Source: a virus. Taken from it: 39,567 bases of DNA. The notes below the pieces were generated by a model. The model searched no databases, was not told the origin of the DNA, and saw only the letters and a list, made by a program, of their open reading frames with translations. Positions 36,689 to 39,567 of the stretch are shown here, piece by piece. The position numbers were made by a program, and so were the translations under genes. Each line of letters begins with the position of its first letter. Within the stretch, counting starts at the first letter, position 1. The stretch lies in UHGV virus genome UHGV-0061228; one strand, given 5' to 3'.

Positions 36689-37111
36689 ATGTGGGTTTCA
36701 AGACGATCATGGGATTGCTTGCTGTATCGCATCAAAAAGTGTGAAGATGACATCAAAATTCAGAAGGAAAATACGGAGAATTTAATCAGGAATACTGCAA
36801 AAAAAATTCTTGAACAACCAGAAGAGTTGCGCGAAGAAATTCAGGGGGTTGAACGTATCGAAAAATATATCGATGAGTTTATAGGTCTTGACGAAGAAAA
36901 TAAGGATAGAAAGATAAAAAAATTCGATGTATTGAAATCCATTACTAGAGAGAAAGAGTTTTCTAATATGGTATTTGGCTTGATCGAAGTCAAAAAAACT
37001 CCTGAAGCATTTGCAGAACTTCTTGAAGAGGAGATGCCTGAAAAAGAGCTACCTCATTTAAAAGAAGCAGCTCTTAATGGTTATCCGTTGTTTTTCTCTG
37101 GCATGCAGTGA
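36689..37111 (+). CDS. first early gene, hypothetical (140 aa)
   Basis: RBS 'gaggtga' before the ATG at 36689. Confidence 0.45.
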   Translation: MWVSRRSWDCLLYRIKKCEDDIKIQKENTENLIRNTAKKILEQPEELREEIQGVERIEKYIDEFIGLDEENKDRKIKKFDVLKSITREKEFSNMVFGLIEVKKTPEAFAELLEEEMPEKELPHLKEAALNGYPLFFSGMQ

Positions 37112-37338
37112 GCGCATCCGTTTCTTCTGATGTCAAGCATGGAAGAAAAAACAACAGCTTCCTCATAGGAACTGCAATTAAAGATATGTTCGGACTTTAT
37201 ATCATTTATGCGGCAGCACGAGGTTTCGCGGTCTAAATCATGGATTTCACCAGTGTTTTTATTAAGCACATAGCGATTGCCGTTAAATGGCGAATTACAA
37301 CGTCTCATAAAATCGCTCCTTTCGTAATACTCAGGCAT
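37081..37338 (-). CDS. possible Cys-rich small protein (85 aa)
   Basis: The only ORF covering the 320-bp gap. The RBS is weak. Confidence 0.25.
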   Translation of the reverse strand: MPEYYERSDFMRRCNSPFNGNRYVLNKNTGEIHDLDRETSCCRINDIKSEHIFNCSSYEEAVVFSSMLDIRRNGCAHCMPEKNNG

Positions 37339-37434
37339 GGCAGTGCCCTGTATTTACAGTATAGGAGATAAACAAAAAGAAAGCAATCCCGCCACGGAGG
37401 TTACGACGGCAATAAAAATAGGAGGTAAAAGGTA

Positions 37435-38148
37435 TTGAACAAATTGCAGCAAAAATTAGATAGCCGAGAAGTGGCTGAAATGGTTGGAAAGGAACACAAG
37501 AACATCATCAGAGACATAAGAGGGTATTTAGAAGAATTTTCACAGCTCAATTTTGAGCCGTCAGATTTCTTCCATGAATCTACATATAAGCGTCGCGGAA
37601 AAGAATACCCGTGCTATTTAATCACAAAAGAGGGCTGCGAATTTATCGCCCACAAACTCACAGGAGTCAAAGGGACGGAGTTCACAGCAAAATACATCAA
37701 ACGGTTTCATGAGATGGAAAATATCATCAAAGAGCACGTTCCGCAGGGTAAAGAACTTCTTGCACTGGCAGTTCTGGAAGCGCATAAGACCATTGAAGAG
37801 CAGACAGCGCAGATTGAGGAAATGAAGCCGAAAGCGATATTTGCGGATGCTGTCGCTACCAGTCATACATCCATCTTAATCGGCGATCTGGCGAAGATTT
37901 TGAAACAGAACGGCGTTGAAACAGGGCAGAAGCGCTTATTTGAGTGGTTGCGTGAAAATGGATATCTGAGTAAGAGAAAAGGAACGGAATGGAACTCGCC
38001 CACACAGAAATCTATGAATTTAGGGCTGTTTGAAGTGAAAGAGACAACAGCTATGAATCCAGATGGTTCCGTTCGGATTAACAAAACCACAAAAGTAACC
38101 GGCAAAGGACAGCAGTATTTTATCAACAAATTCCTGAATGTAGCATAG
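37435..38148 (+). CDS. antirepressor (Rha N-domain + KilA-C/AntA-like C-domain)
   Basis: 'SREVAEMVGKEHKNIIRDIRGYL' Rha-like signature. C-terminal '...LFEWLRENGYL....NSPTQ' is KilAC-like. RBS 'aggaggt' precedes the start. Confidence 0.75.
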   Translation: MNKLQQKLDSREVAEMVGKEHKNIIRDIRGYLEEFSQLNFEPSDFFHESTYKRRGKEYPCYLITKEGCEFIAHKLTGVKGTEFTAKYIKRFHEMENIIKEHVPQGKELLALAVLEAHKTIEEQTAQIEEMKPKAIFADAVATSHTSILIGDLAKILKQNGVETGQKRLFEWLRENGYLSKRKGTEWNSPTQKSMNLGLFEVKETTAMNPDGSVRINKTTKVTGKGQQYFINKFLNVA

Positions 38149-38157
38149 GAGGTACAC

Positions 38158-38313
38158 ATGAGCGAAAAAGAGAAAGAAATCATCAGAAAAGTGGCGCAAG
38201 CACTGCCGGATATGTCGGACATGAATAAAGGGTATTTTCTCGGCTTTGCAGAAGCTATGGCATCTCAGAAGAGCCAGAAGAACGAAGAAAATAAAGAAAA
38301 AGAAGATGACTAG
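38158..38313 (+). CDS. small hypothetical protein (51 aa)
   Basis: RBS 'aggaggtacacATG'. Confidence 0.3.
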   Translation: MSEKEKEIIRKVAQALPDMSDMNKGYFLGFAEAMASQKSQKNEENKEKEDD

Positions 38314-38638
38314 GACAACATATCTTGGACAATCCATCCGTCATACATATTAGAGAGGTGGTGCAAGTGACTATAAAAAACATCGTAGTAATCAACGGCA
38401 AAGAGGTAGAAATCAAGGACTTGCCGGACGCTGAACTGTTTGCAGAAAAGCTAAACCGGAAAGCTCTGACCGCAAGAAACTATGAGGAAGATAGGTGATG
38501 ACATGAAGCCAGATATGGAAAAAATCATACAAGTGTTGATATCTCTAATCGAAGAACAGGAACATGTGAAAATCGAGTACACACTTGAAAAGAGGACAGA
38601 AGAGAAAACCGCTTAGGCGGTAGAGGGGAGGACAAGCT

Positions 38639-38824
38639 ATGAAAAGGCTAACAATCAATCAAATTGAGAAATTTATCCAGACACTGGAATCCACGGAAAG
38701 AGTGGATGGTTATTCCGAACAGCAGAAACTTCATGCGATTGCCTGTCTGGAGAATTACAGAATGGAACTGGAAATCCAACATAAGAAATCCGTAAAACTA
38801 GAGGAGGACAAGCATGGAAATTAA
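38639..38824 (+). CDS. hypothetical protein (61 aa)
   Basis: RBS 'ggagga'. Confidence 0.35.
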   Translation: MKRLTINQIEKFIQTLESTERVDGYSEQQKLHAIACLENYRMELEIQHKKSVKLEEDKHGN

Positions 38825-38999
38825 AGGAACTTACCATTGCCAGACAACCCACCACCCCAACGCATTGAATAGCTGGGACATCCGGTCAGTATCGGTTGAG
38901 TTGCCGGAGCAGGACAAGCCTTACTGGCACAAGGTCGCGGCATCCGTGATCGGGTTCGTGCTGGCGTTGATCGGATGGTGGTTGGTGTTTGGGTATTAA
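38814..38999 (+). CDS. small membrane protein (C-terminal TM 'VIGFVLALIGWWLVFGY')
   Basis: RBS 'gaggagga'. The region is locally GC-rich. Confidence 0.35.
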   Translation: MEIKGTYHCQTTHHPNALNSWDIRSVSVELPEQDKPYWHKVAASVIGFVLALIGWWLVFGY

Positions 39000-39082
39000 A
39001 AATGAGCACCTACGAAAAGGGTAGATGTAGGTACTCAGGTAAAAAATCAATTTAATTTTAAGCGAAAAGGAGAGAAATGTAA

Positions 39083-39567
39083 ATGAAAAAATTTGAATTA
39101 ACCAGCGAATTTGTAACTTTTTTAGGAAAGACGCTCTTTAGAATCAAGGCTCTTGTGTCGTTTGGTGATGTAGCAGAGGGAGAATTGGGCGGATTTATAG
39201 AAAGGGAGAATAATCTTGACCAGTCCGGTGACGCTTGGGTATACGGTGACGCTCGGGTATTCGGTAACGCTCGGGTATACGGTGACGCTCAGGTATCCGG
39301 TAACGCTCGGGTATTCGGTAACGCTCAGGTATTCGGTGATGCTTGGGTATACGGTAACGCTTGGGTATACGGTAACGCTTGGGTATACGGTGATGCTTGG
39401 GTATTCGGTAACGCTTGGGTATACGGTGACGCTCGGGTATACGGTGACGCTCAGGTATACGGTGATGCTTGGGTATACGGTAACGCTCGGGTATACGGTG
39501 ACGCTCAGGTATACGGTAACGCTTGGGTATACGGTGACGCTCGGGTATACGGTGACGCTCAGGTATT
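39083..39567 (+). CDS. 5' portion of the hexapeptide-repeat protein gene (N-terminus plus at least 19 'YG[DN]A[WRQ]V[YF]' repeats); continues at 2..334
   Basis: RBS 'aaaggagag' before the ATG at 39083. The translation 'MKKFELTSEF...DQSGDAWVYGDARVFGNARVYGDAQVSGNARVF...' is open to the window end. Confidence 0.6.
   Translation, partial: MKKFELTSEFVTFLGKTLFRIKALVSFGDVAEGELGGFIERENNLDQSGDAWVYGDARVFGNARVYGDAQVSGNARVFGNAQVFGDAWVYGNAWVYGNAWVYGDAWVFGNAWVYGDARVYGDAQVYGDAWVYGNARVYGDAQVYGNAWVYGDARVYGDAQV
39227..39567 (+). repeat. 18-nt tandem coding repeats (same array as 1..109)
   Basis: Direct reading. Positions 39514-39567 equal 1-54. Confidence 0.85.

Noticed and set aside
39227-39567. Highly regular 18-nt tandem repeats, considered as a possible CRISPR array or satellite
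   Set aside because: There are no spacers. The repeats are in frame and encode a continuous hexapeptide-repeat protein with an RBS and start at 39083.

Overview
The window reads as a complete, circularly permuted temperate siphovirus-type phage genome of about 39.5 kb. Bases 1-54 are identical to 39514-39567, and a single hexapeptide-repeat gene spans the junction. The host is probably a low-to-moderate GC Firmicutes/Clostridia-type bacterium. Nearly all genes are on the + strand, in a classical modular order. (1) Early/replication: Sak4-like P-loop ATPase, an SSB-like protein with an acidic '...EEEIPF' tail, an ERCC4-type nuclease, a putative initiator carrying internal iteron-like repeats, and an AEP-primase/P-loop-helicase fusion. 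(2) Early accessory/anti-restriction island: a PAPS-reductase/DndC-like PP-loop protein, Zn-ribbon proteins and a Lar-family restriction-alleviation homologue. (3) ArpU-like late activator, tRNA-Asn(GTT) plus a degenerate tRNA-like element, and an AT-rich single-gene moron. (4) Packaging and head: TerS, TerL, SPP1-like portal, MuF/gp7 protein with a C-terminal extension, a phage-encoded Prp-like cysteine protease, scaffold and major capsid. (5) Connectors and tail: HK97 gp10-like protein, major tail protein, chaperone pair with a putative -1 frameshift, tape measure, Dit, Tal with collagen-like repeats, and a BppU-like protein. (6) Lysis: XhlA-like protein, phiLC3-family holin, a tandem DUF2829 (Tad2-like) protein and an Amidase_2 endolysin. 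(7) Lysogeny, on the - strand: large serine recombinase, candidate attP, an AT-rich island encoding a membrane-anchored HNH nuclease plus a tiny ORF with its own promoter and terminator, a CI-like repressor with a divergent-promoter/operator switch, and a Rha/KilAC antirepressor. No rRNA and no CRISPR array are present. The three most unusual candidates are the TM-HNH island between the integrase and repressor genes, the Tad2-like tandem DUF2829 gene inside the lysis cassette, and the Prp protease with 'LQLFA' cleavage motifs on scaffold, capsid and tail-tube proteins. All functional calls rest on motif recognition by eye, with no database search.
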